A stretch of DNA of 64,000 bases from Proteromonas lacertae (Eukaryota). Location: positions 62,001 to 126,000 of the forward strand of contig NGBS01000888.1 in assembly GCA_002245135.1 (NCBI GenBank), given 5' to 3'. Position numbers and translations under genes: made by a program. The notes below the pieces were generated by a model. It had not been told where the DNA came from, searched no databases, and worked only from the letters and a program-made list of their open reading frames with translations. Below are positions 14,134-28,149 of the stretch, piece by piece; the first letter of the stretch is position 1; the number at the start of each line of letters is the position of its first letter.

Positions 14134-17100
14134 TTAAAAATGTCTCTTCAAATTTGGATCATTTATTGAAGTAAGTAAAAAGAACATATATCCAAATAAT
14201 AAAATAATCACAACAGCTGTACTAATTCTATTGAACCAATTAATCTTCTTTCTATTCACAATTTCTTCAGCTTTCTTTCTCTTTTCTTCTTGTTTCAATA
14301 ATTCTTCTTTTGTTGGATTCTTTACTCTTTTTGTTAATGATTTTTGAGTAGGAACTTCCTTTATAACTTCTGGTTCATCTAATGTAGTAATTGCTACAGG
14401 ATTAGAAAATTTACTTGAACCTACTACATTCATTCCACAAACTCGAAAATAGTAAGTACATGATGGTTTTAAATCATTTATTACCATTTCAGTTTCTTTT
14501 CCCTTGTATATTTCTTTATAATAATCTTTTATTGAATTACTCATCTCAACTGTATATCCTAAAATATCATTATCACCTCCATTAGTCCACTTTATTGATA
14601 TTGAATTCTGAGTTATTAATTTGGGGTTAAATAAAATTGGGGGAAGTTTTTTGGGTGGTTGTGGTGGTTTTTCGGCTGTTCTAAATACATCTGACCATTC
14701 GCTTGGTGATGATTTACCTGCACTGTTTACAGCATATACACGAAATCGATAATTTGTTTCACTTTTTAAATCTTCGATTGTATATTTCGTATTTGATATT
14801 ATTGAACAATTCTCATTTTTATCATTTTCGATTATATAATATTGAATTTCACTTCCATTATCTTTTGGTTTATTCCATTGTAAACTTATTGAATTTGCAC
14901 TGGGAGGACTACTTAAGATTGGAGCTAATGGACTTAATGGAGTATTTGCATTTGTTTTATATTTCACAATTTTACTTCCTTCACTTTTACCTTTTAAATT
15001 ATGACTAAATAATTGGAAATAATATTCTTTACCACTTTCTAAAGATTTCATTTCATATTCTGTTTCACGACCACTGAAGATTTCTTTCCAATTTTTATTA
15101 TCTTCACTCATCATTAAGATATTTTTATCAATTCGATGACCATTATCTATCATTGGAAATGACCATTCCAACTTTATGGAATTATTACTCTCTGTATTAT
15201 TATCTTCATCAATCTTCTTTCGAGTTGGAGGATCTGGTCTTGGTGGAACTGAGGATAATGTACAATAACCAATTGTATCACTTCCTTCACTATAACCACT
15301 ACTAGTTTTACAGAATAAAATAAAACGATAAGCTCTTCCTGGACTTAAATCATTTACTGTATATTCAGTATCAGTTCCCTATTTAAAACAATATTATTAT
15401 ACATTCATACAGTATATAGTATTTGTTCTTTACTTGAATATGTATCTAAACACAATTTCCATTCACTAAGTTTATCATTATGAAAATCAATACCTTCATC
15501 ACTCCATTTCAGTTTTATACTTGTTTTTGTATTACAAACAAATTGTGGTGGTAATGGCTTTGATGGAGGTGAAGTATTTGTTCTAACTGTAATTATACAA
15601 CTTGGTTGACTACCACCTATCTCATTCTCTGTAATTATGTAAATAGAATATTCATGACCAGAATATAAATCGTTAATCTATAAAAATTAGAATAATACAA
15701 TATATACAGTTGTATTAGTGTCTTTTGTTGAAATTATTTTTGTATATTCTGTTGGTGCTTGAAGTATATTGTTATTTTTTGGTTGAGTTTGTCTTTTTAT
15801 TTTCCTAACTTGTGATTCTTCTTTATAAATTGGGTATTTTGATTTATAATCAGTAATATAACACTGATTATCTTCACACATGTAATTGAAAATACCTCTT
15901 TTATATTGCCCCTTCTCAAATAAATACTATTTCAATTATATAACTTTAAAAAGAATATTTAATATATATATACTTCAATCATTTCACCAGTATTAAGTTC
16001 ATTTTCATTTGTCTGTTTATCATTCTTACTTGTACAAATCACATCTCCAATATGTTTATAATACACATTATAACCTTTCAATTCACCTCCATTCATATTT
16101 GGTCTTTCCCAAGATAAACTAATTGAATTTAGAGTAACACTTGTCAATAGAATCACATCAACAGAATTAGGAATATCACTCCTTGTTGTAAACTTTGAAA
16201 CTGAACTGTATAATCCTTTACCTACATTATTATAAGCACAAACACGAAACAAATATGTTTCACCTGCATTTAAACCTATTACATGAAAATATTGATCCTT
16301 TCCATCATAAACTTCTTTATATTCATCATTTTTATCATCTTCTCTCTTCATTTCTAATATAAATCCTTTTATATCAATCTTTTCATCATTATCAATTGAC
16401 CAACATAAATCTATTTCATTTTTCATTACTGTTTTATTCTTCTTCAATATTGGATTACTACATTTTGCTGGTACTGATTGAAAGGTAGAAAAATTTAAAA
16501 TATCTGAATATTGTGAAGTTCCAGCTGCACTTTTACAATTGATTCTCAATCTATAACTTGTATTGGGTTTAAGTTTATTTATTTTACAACTATTACAAAT
16601 TAGATAATATTATATTATATACTTTAAATTTGCACCATTATAAACAATAGCAAAACTTTCATTTTCTTCACTTATTTCTACAACATAATTCTGTGGCATT
16701 TCTCCATTAAATTCTAATGGTTCTTTCCATTTCAAATTACAGCCATTTGAAGTAATATTATCAACTACTAAATTATGAGGAGGAGAAGTAACAGTTGAAT
16801 TAGTTTTTATTTCACTTATTTCTGAATAATCTGTACAACCTAAATTACTCATCGCTTTAACTCTGAACTGATATATTACACCAGGTTTTAATCCTTTGTA
16901 CTATAATAATAATAATAATAACAATTTTAACAATATGAATATATATAAATACATTATAATTATTCTCACTTCCTTCATATATAATTGAGAATTTATTATC
17001 TTCTTTCTGTTTTGATTCTAAAATATATCCTGAGATTGTAGCTCCATTATCATTAATAATTGACCATTTTACTTTTAATGCATTTTTACCTCCTTTCATT

Positions 17101-17618
17101 TGATTTACTGATTCAGGAGGTTCTGGAATTGAAGGAGGAATTTCAATCTTCTTTTCTTCACATATAAATTCTTTTTTACCTTGCTCATCTACATATTCTA
17201 AGTGTAGCCAATATGGTCTTCCAGATAAACAATTAATTTGGTACTGAAACTGTTAAAGAAAATGAGAATTACTTCAATTAAAATAAGATATATTTATGAC
17301 AACATGTTCTTTATCTTCACATTCATAGCTTTCTATTGTTCTAATTATTGCATATCTTTCAAGTTTTTTCAGTTTATCACTTTTATTATAATCTAAGAAA
17401 TGTTAAACTTGCCAACAAATACCTTGCTTTCCAAATAAATGGTAGAAAAAAGTAGGATTATGACCATCCAATGTAATTTCAATATCAACAATAGCAAACT
17501 TGGTAGTTGAAACAGCAGATATCATTTTTATTGATGCTTTAGGTGGTGGTATTTGTACAATTTCTGCAGCTTCTTCATCAGAATCTGGTAACTCTTCCAC
17601 TCGAGGATTTGGCTTCAT
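14134..17618 (-). CDS. Multi-FN3 protein with C-terminal TM anchor, paralogue B
   Basis: Same domain order as paralogue A, start MKPNPRVEEL, TM AVVIILLFGYMFFLL. Confidence 0.87.
17241..17291 (-). other. U12-type AT-AC intron (51 nt), same position as 10464-10515
   Basis: Minus strand 5' ATATCTTATT, branch TTCTTTAAC, 3' CAGTAC. Removal gives HVVIN|QINCLSGRPY. Confidence 0.85.
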
Positions 17619-17747
17619 AAAAACAAGGAAAACAATAATCAATAAGTTTGATGAAGTTTGATAGATTTAGACCTTTCATATAACACAAAAAAAAACATAA
17701 ATTACTTAATATTTTCTTAATCACTTAATTATTTATCAATCTAACAA

Positions 17748-18247
17748 CTAAGAATAAACTGGCTTAAGATTTCTGTAGTTATTATCGATTTTTTCCCACT
17801 TCACTTCAGACATATTTGGAATAGTTTTAAATTCCATACATACACTAAATAATTGTATATATAAGAATAATACTCTCCAATTTTAGTCACAGAAGCATAT
17901 TTGCTCAAATTAAGTAGCATTTGATTTTGATACATATATGCATTTCTAAGTTGTAACTAGTTATTTATATACCCTGCTTTTATTGCTAACATATCTCCTT
18001 CTTCAATTTGATTTGAATTTATGTTCCACATTGTTAACTATATGCTTTTTATAATACTATAAATATACTTCAATTGAACCAGATGAATCTGCTACTAAAT
18101 AGTGGTTGATTACATTCCCTAATTTGTCAGTTTGGATTGTTCCTGTTAACATTATGACATAAAATAAATACTTTTTTCTAAAACTATTACTGTACAATCA
18201 ATATTATCTTTGAATGGTTCTAAATCACTGATTTTAAAAACTGGCAT
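17748..18247 (-). CDS. NABP2: SOSS complex subunit B / single-stranded DNA-binding OB-fold protein
   Basis: Five short exons give ISDLEPFKDNIDCTVIVLEK..LVADSSGSIELTMW..GDML..KIG.VCMEFKTIPNMSE, matching the hSSB1/NABP pattern. Not in the ORF track. Confidence 0.85.
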
Positions 18248-18348
18248 CAAGCTTTCATGTTTGATAAAATTTAGTCCTTCCATAATAAAAACAAAAATTC
18301 AAAATAAAAAATTATCACTTATTTACATTTAAAAATAATTTAAAAACA

Positions 18349-20218
18349 CTAACTGTATGCAGTGACAATACTTCCACTTCCATATGTGCTTACTGGGATA
18401 GTAATATCACTTATTTCCCATTTATGATTACATATATTATAGCATTCCATTTTATTTATTGTATTTTTACCATCATGACCACCCATAATAATGATTGTAT
18501 CATCAATATAACCGCAGTTCATTGTGGCTCTCGGAATATTCATGGATTCAATTTCAGTCCATTCATTTAAGTCAATATTATATCTTTCACAGCTGTTTAA
18601 TACAGATTTTCCATCAAATCCACCAATTACATAAATTTCATTTTGAATTATACAGCATGCAGCTCCATATCTATTATGCTTCATATTTGATAGTTGAGTC
18701 CATGTATTAGAGGAGATATTATAACATTCTACTGTGTTTAAAATTCCTTTAGAGCTTTTTCCACCTATTATGTAGATATTATCTCTATAAGAAATGATAT
18801 TTCCACTAGATCTATAACTGATCATTTTTCCACCTTCCATCCATATATCTTTTTCTGAATCATAGATTTCAAAGGTGTTTAATCTTTCTTCACCACATTT
18901 TCCTCCAAATATATATAATTTATCTTCTATATACAAATATTAATAATTATTATTATATATATATATACTGATAGTAGTCATCATTCCACCATATCGTGCT
19001 TTATTCAATGGACAAATATTCTTCCATTTGTTTGAATAAATATCATAACTTTCAACACTTTGTAAAAAACTATTTCCATTTTCTCCACCAGCTACAATTA
19101 TTTGATTATTCAATGAAGCAATAGCAGGTGATCCTCTTGGAATATTAAGTGGAGATAATTCAATAAATGTGTTAGTATCCAATGAGAAAGATAACATTGA
19201 TTTAATTACTGAATTTGGATTTGTATAACCTCCTATTATGTACATTATAGGTAACATTGAGTGAAGACGAAGTGGAGGTGAATTTGAAGGGTTTGATTTG
19301 GCTTGTAGGATTGAATTAGAAGTAGAGGTTGAAAATGAAGAAGAAGAAGAAGATGATGATGAGGAGGAAGAATAAGAGGTTATATTATTATCATTTAATA
19401 TTATTAATTGCCAGTTGATGAGATTATAAAGTGAAGATTGATGTGTTTGACGATTCTTAACATCAAATGATATCCATTTATTGATTGTTGATAATAAGTA
19501 ATTTTCATTTTTGTATATTAAATTGATTGATTGTAAAAATAGTTTGAATGTTTCCTATTCATATATATTATAATTAATAAATATACAATTGATATTTGTA
19601 AAAACGGATAGTATTTTGAACATTCCATAAAGTTCTTTTCAATATATTCTTTTATTTGTCTTTCCATTTCTTCGCAGTATATTTCATTAGTTATAAATTC
19701 ATATAAGATAAAGGCATTGCTGTAAGATAGCTTTTCGAGTATGAATGATTTGCATTTTTCTAATAGATTATCAATTTGATAATAATCAGCTACTCTCATT
19801 ATTGAACATACATTATCTTCATCAATTAATATGTCATTTGTATAAATAAAGTGGATAACTTTCTCAAAAATTTCATATGAAACATCATCAATCTATATAA
19901 CAATAACATAAAGTATTTATATAATACATAAACAGTGTCTTTATTTTCTGTGAAGTGACGGTTTGAAAACAAGGCATGCCAATACTTACTGAAGGTTGCT
20001 AAGATGATTTTGTGAGCTTTAATAGTTTTGTCTTCACAAACCATTTCAACATCACATAAAATTTGTTGAGATTGCAGGGAATACAATGATTCTTGTAGTG
20101 AGTAAGATTGTTTTGGTATTTTTCGACGAGATGGTTCGGACAAGGTTTCTGTTGCTCTATTCTGTAAATATAATTGAAGTCCATTAGTTTCTATCCTTCT
20201 ACGCTTTCTTTCTTTCAT
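18349..20218 (-). CDS. BTB-BACK-Kelch (KLHL-like) protein
   Basis: LCDVEMVC..IKAHKIILATFSKYW BTB, ADYYQIDNLLEKC, Kelch repeats with GG and W motifs. Start codon uncertain. Confidence 0.88.
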
Positions 20219-20867
20219 ATCTTTATTAGAATTTGACAATCTATTGAAATATTAGATATATTTAAATAGTAAGAATAGATTCATAGTTAATAAAGTGCAT
20301 ATAATAAGAATAAACTTTAAAATCCTTTACAAGGATGTATTTTGCGATTAAGATATTCATTCTTGAGAATATATCCACAAGAATGTGTAGATATTTGAAT
20401 TATATAGTGAATAATACATACGTGATAGTACTCATGGCTTATATTAAGAACTTCGATTGAAATTTGGGATGAAGCAACAGTCTTTTTTGATTTTTTAAAT
20501 TCTAACAGTCTATTTTTCATATTTTCTAACGGTGAAACTGATTAATTTGAATATGAATAGATAAAACGTTAATATGAGTCAATGGATAGATATTGCATAC
20601 TAACTAGACATAAATATAAAGTCCTTAACCTTCCCATTTGCACAGATATTGTTTTATAAGAATAAAAACAATCTTGAAAAACCATTTTTAGTCTTAGAAT
20701 CGCTATTAACATGATATAGATTAATATGCAGATGTACTGTTCAAAATTTTCTAAATTGATCATTTATTCTACTAATTTTAATTATACAAAATAATTACTT
20801 GATAAATATAGAAAAATAATATACGCAAATTAGGCAGCAAAATAATCAACTAAAATTAAAAAAAAGA

Positions 20868-20949
20868 TGCAAACCGCGGGATTCGAACCCGCGAGTGCGA
20901 ACACACTGCGACCTGAACACAGCCCCTTGGACCTCTCGGGCAGGTTTGC
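20868..20949 (-). tRNA. tRNA-Leu(CAG)
   Basis: GCAAACC/GGTTTGC acceptor stem, anticodon loop TTCAGGT, long variable arm, GGTTCGAATCC T-arm, A discriminator, downstream T-run Pol III terminator. Confidence 0.95.
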
Positions 20950-21061
20950 ATTACAATTTACTTCTGATTTTAGGCATATAACCAGATTCAAACACAAGCC
21001 AAATCAGATTTTTGATATTTCTGTCTTTTTCTTCTTATATATTTTGTAATTTAAGATATAA

Positions 21062-21836
21062 ATGTTTTCATTCAAAGGAAAAGTGGTTGTAGTTGGTGAT
21101 ATGGGTGTAGGCAAAACAGCACTTATCGCTAGGTTTATAGAAAACAAACCACCTAAAGATAAAGGATCTAGTATAGGAGGTATAAACTATGAAGATATAA
21201 AAAATCTAATAGTTGCATATTCGACAAAAACTATAACTGTTGATGAAAAGATACAAGTGAAGTTTGATATTTGGGATACTGCAGGTCAAGGTATATGCCA
21301 ATTTGAAATTGAATAATATGTAGAGAGATTTAGAAGCATTAATTCCATGTATTATAGAGGAGCTGGAGCAGCTATAATAGTTTACGATATAACCAGTGCA
21401 GTATAACATTGCATTATAACCACATAGAAATCATTACAAACTGCTGAAACGTTCTGGGTTTCTGAATTAAGAAAATACGGTGCTCAGAATATAATTATAG
21501 CAGTTGTAGGTAATAAATGCGATTTAGTAGCAGAGCGTCAAACTGATATTAATGAAGTGCAAGCTTGGGCTCAAGATAATAATTTAATATATTCAGAAAC
21601 ATCAGCTAGAACAGGTGAAAATATTAATGAGTTGTTTAATTCAATTGCTAGACAGATTCCAACACAAATACAAAAGCACAATGATGAAGAACAAGAGTGT
21701 GGTTTTCAAGTTTGTGAAGTAGCTTCTAGAAAGAGGTATAGAATATTTATTATTATTATTTAGAACTACTAGTAGTATTATAATAGATAATATTCAAAAA
21801 GAAAAAGAAAATTTTTGTGGAAATACGAAATGTTAA
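21062..21836 (+). CDS. Rab GTPase, Rab5/Rab22-like
   Basis: GDMGVGKT, WDTAGQERF, MYYRGA.AAIIVYDIT, VGNKCDL, ETSARTG. C-terminus ..FCGNTKC. Confidence 0.9.
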
Positions 21837-21972
21837 TTAATTTGTCATTTTTTATTAAATTATGTATTTTTTTATACATTTGTATACGTTTTAAATGAAT
21901 ATGTTGGTTTTTATATCTTTATTATAGAAGTTATTAAAAGAACAAAATTCGAGCAAAGCTTGACAAACGTAA

Positions 21973-23950
21973 ATGAAGTTTTTTCATTTTTTCTTGATTA
22001 TAAGCATCACATTAGCAGAATGTCCAAATTCATGCAGTGGACATGGACAATGTACAGCCGATGGAACATGTATCTGTAATAAACAACCAGGATTAGGTAT
22101 AAATCAAGGAGACTTCTCTTCTTATTTATATCAAGGTGTTGATTGTTCTGAACGTATAAATATTGCATATTATATATCAAAAAATAGGTACATGTCCAGG
22201 TGATATATCTTTTGGTTCAATTCCCGTGACTCCTTCTACTTCTTCTAAGAAAGAATTATTTTCTAATGAGTATAGTGGGACTAGAATTACAATCTCTAAA
22301 AAAACAAACAGATTTTTGGGAGAAGAGAGAGATTTAGCACCTACTGAAGATGATGTTACTGTAGCTCCATCAGAAGAAACAACAACAACAACAACAACAC
22401 CAATTGATGAGTATGAACCACCACAAAAGAATATAACTAAAGTTGAAATTGAAAAACCAGAAGATAAAAAGAGTGAAGAAGTATATAATAAATTAGTTTC
22501 AAATAATAATTTTGGAGGAATATTAAAATGTACTGGCAATGGTGATAAAGTATATACTGTGACTGTATATGGAGGAGATAATGATACTTTGACTGTTACT
22601 TCAGATGAAGATATTGGTAGTGAAACATTATCATGTTATCCAACTTATATAAGAAATGATTTATCTTTATATGATACTATTGTATTTAATAAAAATAAAA
22701 CATCATTTAAAGAAATATCGAGATGGTATAAAGTAGGAAAATCAATGAAGAAGTATGGATTTATAACTGGAATTGATTATATTGTTAATTTAGCTTGTGT
22801 TCATAATAAAAAGAATAATATAATAAAAGAAGAGATTGGAATAGCTACTTTAAATAATGATGGTGATAATATAACATTCAATTATAGTGATAGTAATAAT
22901 ATTCCTGATTTCTGTTTCTTATTATCATTAGGAGCTAATGGAAATGAAAGTGAAAATGTGAATAATATTGAAATGATGTCATCTGAATTAAGTACTTTTA
23001 TTGGAAATGACAAAGATAATAATTACTATTATATGAAACATATAGATTATTCTCCAGTAATAAGTACAAGTATCACAATATCTGTAAATGAAACTAGTAG
23101 AAGAAGAATGTTATTTGAAGATGGAAGAATATTAGCTGATGAAAATACTTTATTAGGAAAAGAATTACATCATGAAAATGATAATACGAAGATGATATTT
23201 GCTGTAGATTTTAAGAAAGATTCATCATCAACAGTAAGTATAAATGAAATAATCAGAAGTTTAGAAGTTGGATTTAAAGCAAATGTGGTAAGTTATACTA
23301 AAATAGATGATAATAAACAAATATCAGGAATTGATCAAGTAATAATAACTGAGAAACCAAAGAATGTGAAATGTGATAATATAGAAAATCCAGGAACTGA
23401 TGGTAAACAAATAGAACCAGCATCTGGTAATCCAACTACATGTTATTTGATTTATGTTGATACAAATATTGATAATGCTGATTCATATCATATTGTATTA
23501 TCTCAATCTGGTTTTCATCCAATTTTAGAATGTAGCGGTCAAGGATATTGTAATAGAAATACTGGAATATGTGAATGTCTTCCTGGATATGAAGGAGATG
23601 CATGTCAAAGATCATCTTGTCCTAATGATTGTAGTAATCATGGAATATGTCAAGAAGTTCAAAAAGTGTTAAGTAATCCAAAAGAATATCCCAGTTATTT
23701 TGGACATGAAAGTGATAAACCAAGTAAATTATTTGCTTGTAAATGTGACAAAGGTCATCGTGGAGCAGATTGTTCTTTATTAGAATGTCCTTCTTCAGAA
23801 GATCCAATTTTGAAATCTAAAGGAGTAACTGATAAATTGGACTATCGAGACTGTAGTGGTCGTGGTATTTGTAATTACAACAGTGGTTTGTGTGAATGTT
23901 TTGATGGCTATACAGGAGTTGCGTGTGAGATAATGGTTAGTATGAAGTAG
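21973..23950 (+). CDS. Secreted EGF-like/tenascin-repeat protein resembling stramenopile Sig1/tubular mastigoneme proteins
   Basis: Signal peptide, N-terminal CPNSCSGHGQC..GVDCSE..CP, three C-terminal EGF-like units (ECSGQGYCNRNTGICEC, CPNDCSNHGIC, DCSGRGICNYNSGLCECF). Confidence 0.75.
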
Positions 23951-24079
23951 TTGAATTAAATAAATATTATAATTATTATTATTAAAATATTCTGTCTATA
24001 ACAGATAAAAAATGATAAAAATTCAAAATTCAAACCATCAGGCTTGAGATTTTATATTTTTAAAAACGTTATTTTTAGA

Positions 24080-25517
24080 ATGAATAGTGATGATGAAGAT
24101 GATGATTTACAAGTTCCACAACAGGAATATGAAAAACCTCCAATTTATATGAATTTAATTGTCTCCGATTGTCCATTTAAAGTATGTGTGGGAAATGGCA
24201 ATCAAACAATAAAATGGCTAGCTATTTTTGGAGCTACACTGTACAATGACATGAAATCAAATGAAAAGCCACAGAGTAAAACACTAAGAACTGCATTAAT
24301 AAAAGATAAAGGAACTAGTCATCAAATATACACTCCTTCAGCTGTACGTTTTTCAGAAGGAACTCATAATATAATTCATCCAGATATACATATCAGAGAT
24401 ATATTTCCTCAAGGTGGAACTGTATTAATCGAATTACAAAAAGAAGCTCCATTAAATGAATTTGGAGAACCAATATACTCATTATGGAGAAGAATAGCAT
24501 TTAATATAAGTGAAAATACAAAACAAGAGTATGAAATTAACATAATTGTTTTATTTTTTTAATAGTTTACCAGATATTGCCACATTAGACTTACAGGATC
24601 GTATTATTTACAGAGATTTTGATCGTCTAAGTTATGTTTACAATCCTATACAAACTCCACAAGAAATTGCCTATGCAATTCAACAAGATTTCAAAAGAAT
24701 TCATATAGAGGATATTGTTAGTACATATGAAGAACTGAGAGTAATAACAAATGCATTTTTAAACAATTTCTTATATCTTAACAAATTATTTGAATTATAT
24801 AGTTATCCAAACCATTTTATATTAGAAGAACATTTAGATTCATTGTTTAGTAGATTAGAAAGTACAGACATACCATTTGACTATTATAACACTGTAAGAA
24901 GAGGTGAGATGGAATATATCGATAATAAATATTCAAGATATGAATTTTTTGAATTAATTATTCGATTATTCTACCATCAGAATATGATTAATGAATCAGC
25001 ACCGCTAGTACAGTTGATAGCTGATGGTATTAAGATATTTGTGAAATCTATTAAAAAGATATTCAGTTCAATGACATTAGATGCATTATTTTCAAATGTA
25101 TATTTATACTTTTATATTTATTTATTGCAATAGAAAGTACAACCTGTGTTAATTAATCAAATTGATAATTTGAAGAGATGTTATGAACATTATTCAAAAA
25201 CAAGTAGTAAATATATAACCTTAGGAGAATTTGCTAAATTTATTAACGATATTGAGCTCAATCCTAATCATCAAGAAGATATTGCTCAAACGATGAGAAA
25301 TTTATATGATAGAGATACATCTCATTCTATTATCTTAGATAAGTTGATATATCCTGATTTTCTTGAAGCTTTCGCAAAGTATTTTTATAATCTATTTTTT
25401 ATTGTAATAGATGTTGTATAAACAAGTCAATGAAAGTCACTGCTACTATAAAGTGATAAAATTGTAAATGTGCTCAATGATTTAGAGAATTTTATTATAA
25501 AATTGAAAATTGCATAA
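24080..25517 (+). CDS. Hypothetical protein with degenerate EF-hand-like helices
   Basis: Three GT-AG introns join the ORFs. Motifs SRYEFFELIIRL, ITLGEFAKFI, YPDFLEAF. Probable 1-nt indel near 25451. Confidence 0.6.
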
Positions 25518-25592
25518 TTGTATTTCTTATTATTTGTTATATATACATTTACATCACTTTTATAAAAACATTTTCTTAAAAGAATTATTAAC

Positions 25593-27532
25593 TTATCTAG
25601 TTTTCTGATGAAATCTAACTGCATTTTTCTTTCTTCGAGGTGGAGGAGTTAAATAATCAACTAATTTACCAAATCCATACAATATCAAAAATCCACCAAA
25701 TATAATAACTACAGTACCAACACTAAAGAAGTTGTTATACATATCAAACCATTCAGATATAAATAAACTCCATTCAGGAATTGCCAATTGTTTTTGAAAT
25801 GACAATAAAACAGCTTTCTCTCTCCACCTTCTTGTATTGACTGTTAATCGATAAGTTTCTCGATTTTGAAATTCTAAATGAATAAAATTATCACCAAATT
25901 CTTCATATTTTCGAAATATATATGAATAATATTCTGCTGTATCTTTCTACATAAATTAAAATATTTTAAATATATAATCATTATACTTCATCTCCTTGAT
26001 ATTTATTCACTAAATACTCTGAATGTCTTACTATATGTTCACCTACAATTCTTGTTATTAAATATGGTATTTTATATTTCTCTAATGACTGTATTATTCC
26101 ACAATTCGCTAATTCATCATCAATATTTATATCAATAGGAGTCATTTTATTCTTTCCCCACTAATAATAATAATAATTTAGTGTATATATATATATATAC
26201 ATTTCTAATTTGATCTTCTTTCATATATATTCCATTCTTTATTTTACTTGCTTTCTCTAAGTATATTTGACCTTCCTCTTCTTTTCCTAGCTTAATTAAT
26301 AGTATTCCTAATTTCTTAGAAGTTATATAATCATTATTATCTTCATTCAAATTATCTCTTAATATTTTTTCTTCATTTATCATTTTATTAGCATAATCTC
26401 CACCTGATATTTCCATCCAAACATTATTATTATTTATTATATTTAATATATACTCACCATCACTTTTAGTGACTAAAACACAAGGAATATTGATATTTAT
26501 TTCATGATTATCATTATTATATTCATTATCTTTATTTGGAATTGTCATTGCTTCTAATTTCTCTTTATCATTAATTATTATTAAACCAGATGCACCTAAT
26601 TCTATAGCATTTATTGCTTTAGTTATAAATGGACAATTACCACGTTTCATTACCAATATTGAACCTGTTATTTGATTTTGTAACGAATCTATTTTTTCTA
26701 TTTCATTAAAACAACCATCAATTGGATTTGATAGTATTAATGGCGATTTTAATGACTTATTTGTTTGTAATAATTGTCCAAATTCCCCTGAAGTACATTT
26801 TATTGATTTTTTATATTCTTTTGGTTCAATTATTTTACAAGTTCCGTTAAAAACTGAACTTAACTTGGTTGGATATTCTTTCTCAAATATATTGTATCTA
26901 TCTGTTGGTACATATGAATTTAACTCTGGATTGTTGATATACTTACTATACAGATAAAAAAAATATATTAATTAATTAATTGATTATACTTGTATAAATT
27001 TACTAATCTTTCATGTGTCTCACGTGGTACTGCTTCCGTAGTAAATCGACTAATGCCAAAATCTTTCAGAGATTTATAGAATGAGTGTAATATTGAGATT
27101 TCCCATCTTGTTGTTTTATTTATATATCTATTTTATCATAAACACATTAATTATTATATATAGATACGGTAATTGCAATTTATCATTGATCTGCAATGAA
27201 AAATGAGTTAAATATGCTGTAGTTGGATCTAAATCTCTCAGCGAATGTGAAATTGCGTTAGATGTCTCTAAATTATTCAAAATATCTAAATAATATCTTG
27301 AGCAGTATTGTGTTTTGTAAGTGTGACTAGAATTAGAGAGAATACAATACAAATATTTGAAGATATTTCTATAATGAGTATCATTTTCAACATGACGAAT
27401 AGCAACTTCGCCTCTTCTTCTAGTCCACACATAATCAGCAACTAGTTGGTCATACTCTGGTATATTTCCTGGTTTCAAATCAGCTTTAACAAAATTCACA
27501 ATCCATATTATTAACAATATAAATATCCTCAT
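25593..27532 (-). CDS. Signal-peptide, protease-associated (PA) domain, C-terminal TM protein
   Basis: MRIFILLIIWIV signal peptide, VMKRGNCPFITKAINAIELGASGLIIIND PA motif, TPR-like helix, TM VVIIFGGFLILYGF. Confidence 0.75.
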
Positions 27533-27608
27533 TTTGAAAGATAAATAAGAATTTGATTTTATATAAGCTCGAATTCCTATTTTATCAAGCCATTTTTTCT
27601 TTTTAAAA

Positions 27609-28104
27609 ATGCAAGACGTTACTTCTGTTAATGTAGTTAGAAATATACTGAGACAATCAATTATGCTATCAGATAATATCTTAAGTGTTTATAGAAACAT
27701 TCAACTACTTGAAAGTGAAAATCTTTGTGGAGAGATTGCTTCAGAAACTTCCTACTCTCAAAGTGATGAATGTATGTTGTATGGTAATAATGAATGTCCT
27801 ATATGCTATGAAGTGGTTGATGAGACGAGAATAAGTTACACGTAGATATATGCTATTTTAGTGTTTAGAGAATGTTGTAAACATATAATTCATGAAGATT
27901 GTTACTATAAGTTGCTGTGTTTATCAAAGAACAACAGACAATGTTGTGTTGTATGTCAAAGAGAATATGTGTATGATAATACAATCAAGATTAAAAATGT
28001 TTGATAAATCTATAATATATATATCATTTTAGATGAATAAAAGGATGAAAGAGAAGAACAGAAGAATTATAGAGTATTTAAAGGATGATATGGATTTTAT
28101 CTAA
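27609..28104 (+). CDS. Small RING-finger protein
   Basis: CPICYE..CCKHIIHEDC..CVVC after removing two GT-AG introns. Confidence 0.75.
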
Positions 28105-28149
28105 ACTGTCACACGCAAAACATATATAAATTAGATTTTTAAATTAATT

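Noticed and set aside
20317..20763. Short minus-strand ORFs upstream of the Kelch gene
   Set aside because: No recognisable motif and no clean splice path to the downstream gene.
20868..20949. tRNA-Sec or a CUG-reassigning tRNA
   Set aside because: The centred anticodon is CAG rather than TCA, with a 7-bp acceptor stem and A discriminator, as in ordinary tRNA-Leu. The 60-aa ORF over it is spurious.
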